A stretch of DNA of 64,000 nucleotides. It comes from Callorhinchus milii (taxonomy: Eukaryota). The stretch lies in contig NW_024704742.1 of assembly GCF_018977255.1 (NCBI RefSeq), positions 36,892,001-36,956,000 of the forward strand. Direction: 5' to 3'. Both the position numbers and the translations under genes were made by a program. This document shows positions 10,986 through 23,410 of the stretch, piece after piece (the first letter of the stretch is position 1; each line of letters opens with the position of its first letter). The notes under the pieces were generated by a model. The model ran no database searches. It had not been told where the DNA came from and saw only the letters and a list, made by a program, of their open reading frames with translations.

Positions 10986-13365
10986 TATAGAGCCTTTCAC
11001 ATCAGGAAGACATCACAAAGTGCTTCACAGAATACGAGTATGTTTGTAGGTGAGAAAGATGAGATTCTACTGTATTTGCTATTGGTCTAACATTAGTTGT
11101 GCCATAGGATCTTTTGTCAGTTTTCCTGTGACTGCAGGCCTATGACTGGAGATGTGATTAATGGCTTGTTTGATGTGGAGGTTTTACACTGCTGCTGGAA
11201 GCTGAAAAGTGGAGTTGTGTGACAATACTCCCTGTAGACAGACCTGATCACGTGACTGGGTCTGCAGTATTACTGAGTTACTGTTAAGTGTTTGATGTGG
11301 AAACCTGCTTGCATGTCATAATATTTTATTTGCCTGTTCGACTGGCATTCAAATTGTCATCATCAATTTACATTGTCTCAGGTAAAGAGAAAACAACAAG
11401 TTCTCAATTGGATCTGATTGAAAAAAGTTACTTAAGGAACTTTGCCAGAACTCGAGAACTCCCAAATTCTGCTCCTTCACCCCGGCTGGAGTGATTCCTC
11501 TGCCAGTATTCTCTCCTCCAGTCTTCGAGGCTTGTGTTCTGTGTTGTTAATCAGCAGTCACAGGTGCTTTTACACCTATTAAAGGTGCAGTAAATTGGGC
11601 GATATTGGAAAAGTTGCTTTTGATGGAACTCTTAAGTGTTTTGTGAAATGTGAAGAATTTTGATGAAAAGCAAGATTGCAAGACTTCACTTGATGGCCTG
11701 CATTTGGTTCAGTAGCCAACGATGAGCCTTTCTTTTCTCACTCTTCAATAGGGGTGATAATTTAGTTGGAATGGGTTCATTAAAACGTGTGAATGATTTC
11801 TTTCCCCGGCAGACGAAATGTCCCACTATTTGATGGCTTCTGTCTCTCGCATGGTATATGAAATCAATTGAATGTTAACTACTTTAGATAGTGGAGGAAG
11901 TGGCTTTGAGAGAGAAATACACATTGGTGATTTGATATGGAGATGTTTTCAGACAACCTGGTTATGTGTGACATTATGCGGAGACTGTTATAAATCGTTT
12001 TACCTTAGTCTGATGATGGGCCTCATTTACATTGAGGGGGAAGGGGGGAGGGGTGGTCTCGAGAAAATTATTATTACAGATAACATTTTATGAGAAAATA
12101 CCCAGAGATAATCTTGTCACTTTTATTAACAGAGATTGATGGTTGTTCTCTGTGATCGTTTCTGCACACAGACAGCCATTTATAGCAAATAGCCAAAGGA
12201 TTCGGTAACACGTCACCTAGTTAGCAAGTTTCTTCTGCCTTTTCACAGATATTGCAAGCAGAAAGTTATCTCCTCACAATGTTAAATTACTTCATCTATC
12301 TTTCCTTATTTAGAGATAGCAATTTCCATTACCTCAAAGCTCAGGGGGCTTCGATTGGCAATGAATTTCAGATCTGTTTGACCTGTTTGTTTTGTTTCTG
12401 TTTGACCTACTTGGTGCCCATGGTTAATAACGCTATTAAAGTCTTTCCAAGTAAATACATTTAAAATTTTTAAAAATTAGTCTGTAAATTTCATTTGGAG
12501 TTCAGTAAGTAGTTCACTGTGGACAAAATATCTCTTGATTGGTTTGAAACTTTTTCAATTGCAGCAGAAAATTCGGAGTTCAGTGCTCTACCAGGCATTG
12601 GGTCCACTAAATAGTGTTATTCGAGGCAGAGAGCAAGGTGTCCAGCGCTGGCCAAACAGAAGCAAAGCAAGGTGGTGCCAGCCTTGAACCCTTACAAAGA
12701 GTAGTAGCATTGCTAATCATGTTGGTAATGCTCTCTGCCTCAGAAGATCAGTACTGTGTCTTCCCAAGGGAGCAACAGAGTATTGGTTGGAGCTGGTGTT
12801 TGTATTAATGTCTTGGCACTACCCACAATTGATTATTTGTTCTGTCAATTATATCTCCTCTGCTTGCGCTTGTTTAAATTGCAAGCAGGAGGAGGAAAGG
12901 TTCCCTGGAATTGTTATGTGCCTGCGAGGGAGCTTGGCTTCAGAGACCATATTTGCTGACTTGGAGCCAATAAAGAATTACTTTGAAGAACCTTGAACTA
13001 CTGCACATTTTCAATTAATGCCAAAATTGGTTCTGTTGGCAATTTTCCCTCCTGAATTTTGAATGCAAATAGTTCATAAAAGACTGAATTCTGTCATCCC
13101 AAAGCACAATACACACTAAGACTAGACATGATTATCTATTCAATTGACAATTGAACCTCTGATCCAGTGGGGAGTAATACCTCCTGGCACGGAGGCTTGA
13201 AAGTTATTTTTCCTTTCGCATTCTTACACAGTCGACAGCTCTGAAAAGTGAGATTGCAGACACGCACTCAGCAGCCTGAGTTTGAACTTGACCCACAGGC
13301 AATGAAGGCTAGGAATCCCACTACACTATTGCGTCATCCTGCCGGATCCTGCTTCACTATTGCCA

Positions 13366-13680
13366 GAATCCTGTAGCTCATTGGTTAGAGCACTCGCCTC
13401 ACAAGCGAGAGACCTGGGTTCGATTCCCGGCAGGGCGAAATGTTGGGCAAGTTTCCTTACTCCACTTCCTTACTGATAATAATCCCTCAAGAAAAAAACT
13501 CGATAATAAATTGGTCACTACAATCCGCGACTGTTTGTGGGACACTGCTGTGGCAATTGGCTGCTGCATTTTGCCCACAAATATACAGTCAATTCACTTT
13601 ACCGTATATTCTGTGAAGCACTTTGAGACATCTGGAAGATGTGAAAAGCGCTATATCAAATGCAAGAATCATTATTATTT
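13366..13680 (+). mobile_element. tRNA-SINE family A, full length
   Basis: A box tagctcattgg, B box ggttcgattcc; body and tail match 20338-20653. Confidence 0.9.
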
Positions 13681-14989
13681 CCCTTCGGTTACTTTGATTT
13701 TTACCTAGTTCTGCGGTGGTGTTTCTCACAAGGCCATGTGGCTCACACAAACTTTAGCAATTCGTTCTAGATGAAATCTGGGTTGTATCCTCTGTCTTTG
13801 CAGGATTGCCATCAAGCAAGCAGTGGATACCACTGTGATAATGGATGGGAGGGGGAGGGCAACATAGCTGACAAATGGAAGTTAAAGGACAAGAAATTCT
13901 CATGAGAAGTACAAAGTAACCTCCCTGTATTATGTTTCAAATCTGTAAAGGTTATCTCCTACTTGGTAGGAGATTAGAGAAGGGAGTTTCTCCTGGTGTC
14001 CTGGCCTACATTCCACCAGATAAAATTGATCATTCACTTCATTGTTAGTGGGACGATACAAATTGGCTGCTGAGTTTCAAAGGGGCAGCGCTTTGAGACG
14101 TCCTCCCAATGTGAAAGGTGCTGTACCAAATGTAAAGATTATTATTATAGATTACTAGTTAATCATTTCCTTACACAAAGTTCCTCTCTCTTTAGATCTC
14201 CCAACCATTGTCACATATATTAGAGACCTGAAGCTGCTCCATACTTTGCATCAGCCATTCTCTAGACACTCACAGAAGTATTCAGTCCTAACCAGTCAGT
14301 AAGTACTGTAATGGATCGCAAATCCTTCTCTTGTGATAATTAACATCAGTGACAATTAGTACATACAACAAATCGCACCCCCAACCCCCCCCCCCACCCA
14401 ATATTTCTAAATTGTTACCTTACAAAGCAACATATGCCTCACTGCATTGTATTTCATTCATCTTTTGTGGGCCTATTTATGCATATATCGATTATATAAT
14501 GTATAAGAAGAATGATTCTAGAAATACAGAATTTAATAATTCCATTAACAGAACCTGTGACTCTGGTGTTTAGCCGTAATAAAGAAAAAATACTTCTGAC
14601 ATGATCTGTTGCCATTGCACTGACATCAGATCCTATGAATCTGTCATTTCTCGGTGTAACACTAATAATGATAATCCTTGCATTTGATATTGTGCCTTAT
14701 CACACCTTCGAGAATTCTTCAAGCGCTTCACAGAATACACTGTAAAATGAATTGACTGTACATTTTGTGGGCGAAATGTCAGTCTTCAGTGAATATTATG
14801 ACATTTTTCGGAACGTGAATGTCCTCTCTGGTAAGCTGTCTGTGCAGTGGCAGACCTTGTCACTCCTCGTGACTTTGACTAACTGACTAAAAAAGGTGCA
14901 GTATATTCAAGGTTACTTGGCAGTCAGTATGGAACTGGCATAAAGCATAATCACTGATACTAAGTAACATGGGCTTTAAAACACCGACT

Positions 14990-15130
14990 TAATAATAATA
15001 ATAATCCTTGCATTTGAAATAGCGCCTTATCATGTCTTTCAGACGTCTCAAAGCGCTTCACAGAATATACTGTAAAGGGAATTGACTGTATATTTTGTGG
15101 CAGAAACCCGGCAGCCAATTGCACACAGCA
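14990..15130 (-). mobile_element. SINE 3' fragment
   Basis: Reverse complement of the shared SINE tail; a similar fragment lies at 14663-14780. Confidence 0.75.
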
Positions 15131-15606
15131 GCACGTGTGAAAGAAAAACGAACAATTTATGGACATCACCAACACTTTTTTATTATTAAATTCAAAGCGA
15201 TCTTTTCAGACACTGAAGTTATCTGAGACCACAAAGCGATGGCGCATAAGTCCTCCCTGTACACTGCAGTTGATTGGTCAGGTCTACCTTACTTGTCTGT
15301 GTGTGTGAAGTAATTAGTATTGCTGTCCTGTGTGAAGGGCCACAGGTTATATTTGGTGAGGCAGCCATACAGATTAAAGGCCGGGGGTTGCTACAGGGGA
15401 GGAGTGTGGTGTTAGTGTCTAACTTGCAATGGAGGAGGGCTGGGGAGGGAGACCAGAAGTGTATTTAATTTAACTGGGCTGCCTCTCAGGCAGAAAGGGT
15501 TTGTCATAGGGATTCCTTGCTGGCCAAGGAACTAATGGTGCTGGAGAAACTATGGACCGGGCACGTTAAAAGTAGTAGAGCAGCTAGACTGGCAGCAGAG
15601 AAGAAC

Positions 15607-15658
15607 ATGGGACTGAGCTGCTTCAAACCGATCAAGAGTGATTCTCATAAGCGTTCAG
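15607..15658 (+). CDS. ARHGAP24: Candidate alternative first coding exon of ARHGAP24 (MGLSCFKPIKSDSHKRS-G)
   Basis: Strong Kozak context aacATGg; 17 codons + 1 nt, then donor CAG|GTAAAC; phase 1 is compatible with the acceptors at 52555 and 60662; G-rich, repeat-free upstream region. Confidence 0.55.
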
Positions 15659-17036
15659 GTAAACACTGTGCAATAACCGACTTAAATAGTGTATCACTGC
15701 CACTTTAGTGAACTTTCATTCGTATAATAGTTACACGGATTTTAAGATAATTCTTAAAAATTCTTAAGATTTTTAAGAATTATTCATCTCAACTTGTCTC
15801 AACCTTTAAATATTGGTCTACTGAAACTGTTCAACATTTTCCCAGATGTGCAGAGGGCTAGAAGTATTGTTAAAGAGTTCTATTTATTTAATCTGAGAGC
15901 AATAATGAAACAAGTAAAACAAAGTCAATGTGTGCGTGTTTTTAAAAGTGAAATGTTTCCCCTATACCATTAGATTTTTAATTCTTTACATTAGACTTTT
16001 AATTATTTTACAAAAAGGGCAGAAATGTTTGGTGACTTGTATATTGTTTATCATTCAATAGAGTACCACTGTAGTCATTAATACATCGGCTTAATAAAGC
16101 ATAATAAGTTCTTAGCTGTGATGTTAACATTTAACTAACTAATTAACTTAAAAGATCGCATGGCACTATTCAAAAAGAGAAGGGAGTTTTTCCTAACCAA
16201 CAGTTCCCCAAAACTTACAATTGGTCATTCACTTCATGACTGTTTGTGGGACATTGCTGTGCACAAATTGGCTTTCACGTACACCTACAAATACATGAGT
16301 CACCACATTTTAATGGCATGGCGCTATTTGAAAAGAGAAGGAAGCTTTTCCTGGTGTCCTGATCATTGACACTGGATTGAAGTGTAAGCCTGGACTGGGA
16401 ACTCAAAAGTTCTAACATGGGGCTTAAACTCCACAACCTTGACTCAGCGGGAAGAGTGCTATCAACCGAGCCAGGCCGAGACTTACGGATGCTTCATTAT
16501 GGTGTTTTTCTGAGGTGTCCATAGATGTGCTATTGCTAAATATTGGGTCAACGTTTGGCACGGATGATAATTCATTTTGAGGAGTTATGGACCTGAGGTC
16601 AGGACTGTAGGAGGGCTGTCTCTTAGGCTCTTTTGTTAAGAATTATGAAGCACATTAACCTTTATATCATTTATATTGTGGAAATCAGAAGCTGGCCCAA
16701 TCTCAGAGGTGGAGCCTTTGTTCTGCACTTAAACCTTCTCTGCTGCTTGGCTATTGAGGCTTTATTTAAAAAGTATGAAAAATATCATTTGGACAAATTT
16801 TAACATTGCTATAAAATAGGAACAAAGCAAAATTGATACTGCAATTTTTCATCATCTCAAAGTTCTGTTCAATCACAAAGGAACTTGATGTTTAACTACA
16901 TCCTTATAATAGAAGTGCAAATAAAATGGAAATAATGAAAGTTTTATGTTATCCCATATTTTAGAAACTGCAACCTAGAATTTCTTTATCATAGACCAGA
17001 AAGGCACGGAACGTAATTCAGAGACTATAGGGACCA

Positions 17037-17192
17037 AACTGTTTGTGGGACATTGCTATGTGCAATTGGCTGCCGCGTTTGCCCGCAAATATACAGTCAA
17101 TTCACTTTGCAGTGTGTTCTGTGAAGCGCTTTGGGACGTCCTCCCGATGTAAAAAAACGCTATATGAAATGCAAGGATTATTATTATTATTA
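17037..17192 (+). mobile_element. 5'-truncated tRNA-SINE (tail portion)
   Basis: Near-identical to the 3' half of 20338-20653; ends in (TTA)n abutting an L2 fragment. Confidence 0.85.
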
Positions 17193-18296
17193 TAGTTGGG
17201 TGTCATCCGCATACATGTGGAAGTTGACCCCATGTCTGCGGATGATGTCACCAAGGGGGAGCATGTAGATATTAAAGAGGAGAGGGCCAAGAACAGAGCC
17301 CTGTGGGACGTCAGATGTGACAGTGCAGGGGCTGGAGGAGAAACCGTTAGAGACAACGAAGTGGAGATGGTGAGAGAGATAGGATCGAACCAGACAAGGG
17401 CAGGTCCGCGAAGATTGAGTAAAGTGGAGAGGCGATGTATGAGGATGGAGTGGTCGACAGTGTCGAAGGCGACAGAGAGGTCGAGGAGGACAAGGAGGCA
17501 GAGGGAGCCCTGATCACAGATGTTCAGAATGTCATTAGTGACTTTGACCAGGACTGTTTCCGTGCTGTAGGCAGCACGGAAGCCGGATTGGAGAGGTTCA
17601 AAGAGGGAATGCCGAGAGAGAAAGGAGCGGATCTGGGAAGCAACGACTCGGTCCAGGAACTTGGAGAGGAATGGGAGGTTAGAGATTGGGTGGTAGCTAG
17701 AGAGGAGGGATGGAGCCAGGGAAGTGGCTGAACGTATCCCCTTGATTTTAGATTCGAGGAAGTCCAGTATCTCTTCACAGGTGGAGTTTGAGGAGAGGAT
17801 GGGCGAGATATGGGAAGGTGGACGGAGGAGGCAGCTTGTGGTGGAAAAGAGAAGCTGGCGGTTGTCCTTTGCCTCCAAGATAACCTTGGAGTAGAGGGAG
17901 GATTTGGCGGAAGCAAGAGCGCAGTGGTAGGTCTTGGTGAGTTGAAGCCAAATCTGCCAATAGACCGTTAGTTTGGATTTGGTCCAGTCGCGTTTGGCAG
18001 CTCGCACTTGTGCCTTGAGGGAACGGAGATGGCTGGTGTACCAGGGAGCTTTACGGGAGTATGAGGCAGTTCGGGAGGTGAGGGGGACAAAGGAGTCCAC
18101 AATGGAGGAGAGGGAGTTGTGGAGAAAGGAGAGTGAGGAGTGGAGATCCGTCAGTGAGGGCCAGAGGTGTAGGAGTTCAGATGACTCCAGGGCAGTGGAG
18201 AGGGAGTGGGAGGAATTTTTTTTCCATGGACGGTATGTAATGGTGGAGGATTGGGAAGGGGGGAGGGGTACTGAGGTACACTGGAGTACAGGTTAG
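17193..18296 (-). mobile_element. L2 LINE ORF2 fragment including the RT domain (frameshifted, internally deleted)
   Basis: APWYT..., [51 protein letters not shown]; a shifted frame gives [11 protein letters not shown] at 17194-17225. Confidence 0.92.
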
Positions 18297-19069
18297 GGGG
18301 TCACTGGCTTTATTTCAAGTTGCCAGTTGAATTAAGCTCGTATCACACAAGCTGGCAATGCAATATTATCCATCAAATCCAGTGCATGTCACAGGATGGC
18401 TTTGACTCGTCTATGGTGACAGAGTTTGTGTGAGGGGGGAGATTTCATACCTCACAATTTTCTCCCTTATAAGCTCTGAATGGCAAAACTACCTCATGAA
18501 TTACAGCAACACCATGTAAATCATCCAAACATCTCCTTTATCTAGCCCGCTCCCCCACACACATATGTTCTTCACTGCAGCTTTCAGCATTCTGACTGCC
18601 TCAATTAGAGGTCCAGGCCTAAAGTTTTATTCCACAATTTTGCAAATGTATCTGAACTCCGTTTCCTTGAGTATGAAGAAAAGTTCCTTGTGGCTGTTTT
18701 CTAAGTTAAAAAAACATCTTGGGTAGTCCTCTACCATAATCAAAGCCTGGCAAAGCACAAATCTTCTTGACATTTTATTAATCTGCTCCAGGCTCCTGCT
18801 CAAGCTCCCTGTACTGTAATTTCAGAAGGAAACAAAAATCCGCTTGAAAGCTGCAAAGCTGCTTAGACAGATGATGACTTGTTTCTGTGATACTGATCTT
18901 CTTCCTCTTTGAGTGAATTTATTTCAGATACCTTGACCCTTGTGACAATGGTGGCCTGTGCACCTGAGATCACTGTGCTGCTTCGAGTGTTTACAGTTTA
19001 CAATCCGTACACATTGAAGTGTGAGGGAGACCATGTGTGAGAGATCATATGTATCCCTTGGTCTATCCG

Positions 19070-19320
19070 CCCAACATTAGCGGACAGGCTTTCAGTCATT
19101 CCCTCCCTCTCCCCCCCAACCCCACCCCCCCCCCACACATACTTTCTAGAACTCTCTCCTTCCTTCCCTCCCTCCATTCAAAGTCTGACTCAAGACGTGC
19201 TGTTTTTACTCTGCTTTTGGTCATCAGTCCCCTCCAGATCCCCTTTGGCTCCCACCCCCAGCTCGGGTTCCCAGTCAGCAGTTTCAAAGGTTTTGAGATT
19301 GCATTTTATGTGAGGATGAT
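19070..19320 (+). mobile_element. Degenerate L2 3' fragment
   Basis: ISGQAFSHS...FKV*LK-like remnants and an L2-type 3' UTR. Confidence 0.55.
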
Positions 19321-20337
19321 TTGATTATTTATAATCTGCATGTTGAAGGATTGTGCGTGGAGAGGGAACCTATAAGAGGGAATCATATGTGAGGAGGTTG
19401 TGCTGGCTGAATTGTTTATAGCTTACAATCCATAGGCATTGAAGGTTCTGTGCAAAGGGACCGTAAGGCACAGCCTTAATTTCAGAAGCGGTTTGGGAGT
19501 GAATAATGGTTTGGTCTGTAGTTTGTTTTCAAAATGTTCTGCCTCCATCCAAGATTCCTGCTAAGTGGTATTGGGCCTCAATTATTTTCCTGAAAGTCAG
19601 AGCCAGCGGTTGAGGTGCTTGGCAGGACGACCGTTGAATTGAGCCAATAATACCCAATTCTCAGCTGAATCTCTGAGGTCAGAAACAGTAAATGGTACCT
19701 AGACATTAGTTATCCTGTAGTTGGGGAGGCAAAATACTTTTTTCGGCATCATGTGGGTGGCCTGTGTCTAGTTGCCGAACGAATCCTCACATTTCCGTAC
19801 TAAGGAATCAAAGTAGAAATTGTCTCATATTAGACCACTTGTTTGTAACACTCTCCAAACTGTCCTGCTTCATATTCACCTCAATATTGAGAAAGAGTTG
19901 TGAACTATATACAGCAACAACAAATTACACTTGTATAGCGCCCTTCACGTCGGAAAGATATCCCAGGGTGCTGGAGTACACTCCTATTATACTGTAGTAC
20001 AGTAGTATACTATTGTACTGTGATTCGGGCAAAGGCCAGGTGCTGTTAGCCTAAGTGGTCTTCCGTGTAAGTTGTGTGCAGTTTTACATCAATGGGAAAT
20101 CAATTATCATTGAGGCTGGCTATGACTTCTGGTTGGTAAGATAGCACAATTAATTTCCCATTTTGCTGAGCTGTAAACAATGTCACGTGGGCAGTGGTAG
20201 GTGGACATGCAGTGATCTACTTGCCTTCTCTGCAGCCTTGATATTCAAGGCCTTTGCTGTCTTTGAGCAAACCAGCTCACCAGTTGTCCTGTGGAGGTTC
20301 CAGATTCCAGGAATTTATGAGGAAGAAATGGATTCTT

Positions 20338-20653
20338 GGAGTCCTGTAGCTCAGTGGTTGAGCACTCGCTTTGCAAGCTAGAGACCTGAGTTCAATTCCA
20401 GGCAGAGGGCGAAACCTTGGGCAAGTTTCCTTACTCCACACGCCTAATAATAATCCCTCCAAAACCAAAAACAATAATAAATTGGTCATTTTCAATCCAC
20501 GACTGTTTGTGGGACATTGCTGTGCGCAATTGGCTGCCGCGTTCGCCCACAAATATACAGTCAATTCACTTTACAGTGTGTTCTGTGAAGCGCTTTGGGA
20601 CGTCCTCCCGACGTGAAAAGCGCTATATCAAATGCAAGGATTATTATTATTAT
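20338..20653 (+). mobile_element. tRNA(Ala)-derived SINE family A, full length, young
   Basis: A box tagctcagtgg, anticodon-like loop tttgcaa (TGC), B box gagttcaattcc, 3' stem-loop gcgctttgggacgtcctcccgacgtgaaaagcgc, (TTA)n; near-identical to the copies at 38290 and 50746. Confidence 0.93.
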
Positions 20654-20999
20654 TCTCTTTGGATTTTGTTGTATCGTATTTATGTTACAGAGAGGTTTCG
20701 GTCAGAGGTGCCTCTACAACACAGTGCGGGTGGATTCTATGGCAACAGAGAAACAACAGTGCATCTACAATCTTACATAGGTCCATTCATATTTGTGATT
20801 TTCATTTCTGTTACACCTTCTCCGATGCTTCAGGTGATTTATTCAGATGATTTATTAGTCAGCTAGGTGCCTGACACAAGAGAAAGCCCATTATCATGCT
20901 TAAGTGTATTTATAATTCCACATGTATATGTCACTTACATATGAATATTTCTGACTGTTGAGAATCTGGAAGGCAATGCATGGTTTGTCCTGGTAGGTT

Positions 21000-21230
21000 T
21001 TAAGTGCAAGTTGGAAAGAGCCAAGGCTTGCAGACCCCAAAGGGGCTTTTTGGAATACCTCTGAAGTTCAACCAGTTAAAAAACACAGTTTCCATTGAAA
21101 GCAGTATCTGGCAAGCTTCCCACTATGTGCCCAGCATCCTACCCATTAGGGCTTTGGCTTGCAATGAGGGAATGTGTGGACCAGTGATGCAGGATGGTCT
21201 GTGTAGACGGGAGGAACACTCAGTTTGAAC
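21000..21230 (-). repeat. Ancient unclassified repeat (copy 2, partial)
   Basis: ccattagggctttggcttgcaa is identical to about 6836-6857; tctggcaagctt matches the reverse complement of about 57010. Confidence 0.6.
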
Positions 21231-23204
21231 TCTGAAGGCCTTCTCTTACCTGTTCAATACTTTCCTGGTACTGACCTACAATATATCTAATAGAACAAAT
21301 ATTTGGAAGGCTCTAAAACCTGATTTTTCTTTCCTTTTTTGTATCTGAATTTAGAGAATTGGCTTCAGACACTGGTAGTATGTATGTCCATCTGTCTGCT
21401 GGTACCGTGAAAGCTTTGTAATTCAGTCCAACTCACCCTCAGGTTACACCCATTGCGTGCCTATTCGACGTGGTTAGGCAATGAATTGTTTTAAAGATAA
21501 GGCAGGTAACAGGATGGTAGAGTGTAGAGTCAAAGGCAACCATTCACAGGACAAAGAAATAGAAATGATTAAAGCTGGCTGCTTAGGAATTTATGTTGAA
21601 CATAATGGGTTGTTTTACTGATTAGGAAGAATGCCAACAAACAGTTCATAAATTTATACTCTCTCCACAGATTAGCCTGTTTATCTTATATCTCATTACT
21701 GTCTCCTTTAGACACTTGCAGACAGACCCTAAAATGGACTGGGGTCAGCACAGTAGCAATCTATCTTTGGTTTTGAGCGGATTATATTCTCAACAGAATT
21801 TAGCCTGTAATGTACCCTTCTCTACTGGTGCCACCCTCTCAGGACACAGGGTTCCTTGCTGAGAGCAGATTGTAAGTTTAAACTGCTGGGCAGATCTCTT
21901 AGTAAAATTATTCTCCTGTGTTGCACCTCCTGTGTGGCAAATGTTCACTCCAGTTAGCTTTCTTGGGTGGCAGCTCTGACTTATGGACAAACAGCCCATA
22001 AACTAAGAATGATGTTGAAAGAAATAATTTTTATAGCATCTATATGTTCAAACCTCTGAAAGTGCTTTACTATTAAGTGTAGTGACTGTTTTTGAAGGGA
22101 AGTGCACAAGCAATTTTGCATTTAGCAAATCCCATAAACAGGCATGATTTTAATGATTGGTTTATCTGGAGGAACACCTTCAATTCAGCGCCCCCAGCCC
22201 CACCCAGTACCCAGTACTGCCTTGACCATATGAATTCAAAGATAAACTATATGAACTATAAGATTAAAAACAGCCTGAATTTGATAATAATAATAATCCT
22301 TGCATTTGATAGACGTCTCACAGTGCTTGATCTGCCATGTGGGAATATACATCCATCAGTTTTTACTTCTTTTTGATAGACTGTCTTTCCTGGGATTCCA
22401 AATTTTATTCAGATGTTTCATTTCAATCCTAATTAAGCTTTTCATTTAGAAAAATCGCTACCAATGAGGAAGATTGGCCACATTGAGTATGATTCAAAGT
22501 GCAAGGTTTGTAAATCGTGCTTTGAATAGTACTTTATTTGGGCTGGCATCTCTTAGGCTAGTTTTAAATCGCATTGTCAGCTCCCCATGCCATACATCAT
22601 TAGCTCTCTAATGGGGCAATTGAGGGCAATCTGTTGCCCAGCCTTTGCCAGCATTACTCTGTACCCATCTGCTAGGTGGTGTGTGAGGGGTGATATGCAT
22701 GCTGATTTGAAAGTGGCACCTTTTTATGTGAAAACATTTGGAGGGAAGTGGGGTGGGGGGAGAGAGAGAAGAAAAATAAGAATACCATGCCTTTTTGCAT
22801 CTTATTCTTGTGTATAAATTCCACAATGATGTGTTCTTGGAGTGATTTACATCATTGTATTGTGTGTTTGCAAGCTACTAAAAATGACCTGCCTTCTTCC
22901 TGTGGGAAAGGCTTGGCCTCCACTTTGTTCCCCTCCCTGATGATCCAGCGGCGACCGTGAAATCACAACCTAAACCTCACTCCCCACCCCTCGATGACAC
23001 AGCACTGTCCAACTGCCCCATTGATCTCTCCACAAAGGTTGCAGTCCATTGCACACCATTTCCTTTTGCACGCTTCTGGCCCTTTGAAGGTACATTTGTC
23101 TCTGGTTGCATCAGGCCATTCCTAACATTAGGCAGCCGCTAGAACAGGCTATAGGAATACTGATATATGTTCACTGCGGCAGGTGAACATACTCTACATT
23201 ATAA

Positions 23205-23410
23205 GAATAATAATCCTTGTATTTTTTAGAGCGCTTTGTATGTTACAAGGACGTCTCAAAGCGTTTCACAGCATTTACTGTGAAGTGGAATGATTGTATT
23301 TGTAGGTGAACTAGGCAGTACAATTGCACACAGCAGTGACCCATAAACAGCCATGAAACAAAGGACTAATTTTATTTGGGGGATTGATGGCGAGGACCCT
23401 GAGAGAAACA
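23205..23410 (-). mobile_element. Deu-type SINE 3' half
   Basis: Reverse complement of the shared tail and the ttcatggctgtttatggg segment. Confidence 0.7.

Noticed and set aside
17102..18100. 332-aa ORF as a functional reverse transcriptase
   Set aside because: Frameshifted before YADD, internally deleted and truncated by a SINE; dead L2.
20338..20412. tRNA-Ala(TGC) gene (also at 13366, 30617, 38290, 50746)
   Set aside because: A/B boxes and an anticodon arm are present, but there is no paired acceptor stem and each continues into a SINE body; these are SINE heads.
20371..20866. Recurrent ORFs such as ...[37 protein letters not shown] as a small gene family
   Set aside because: They are translations of repeated SINE copies, not protein-coding genes.
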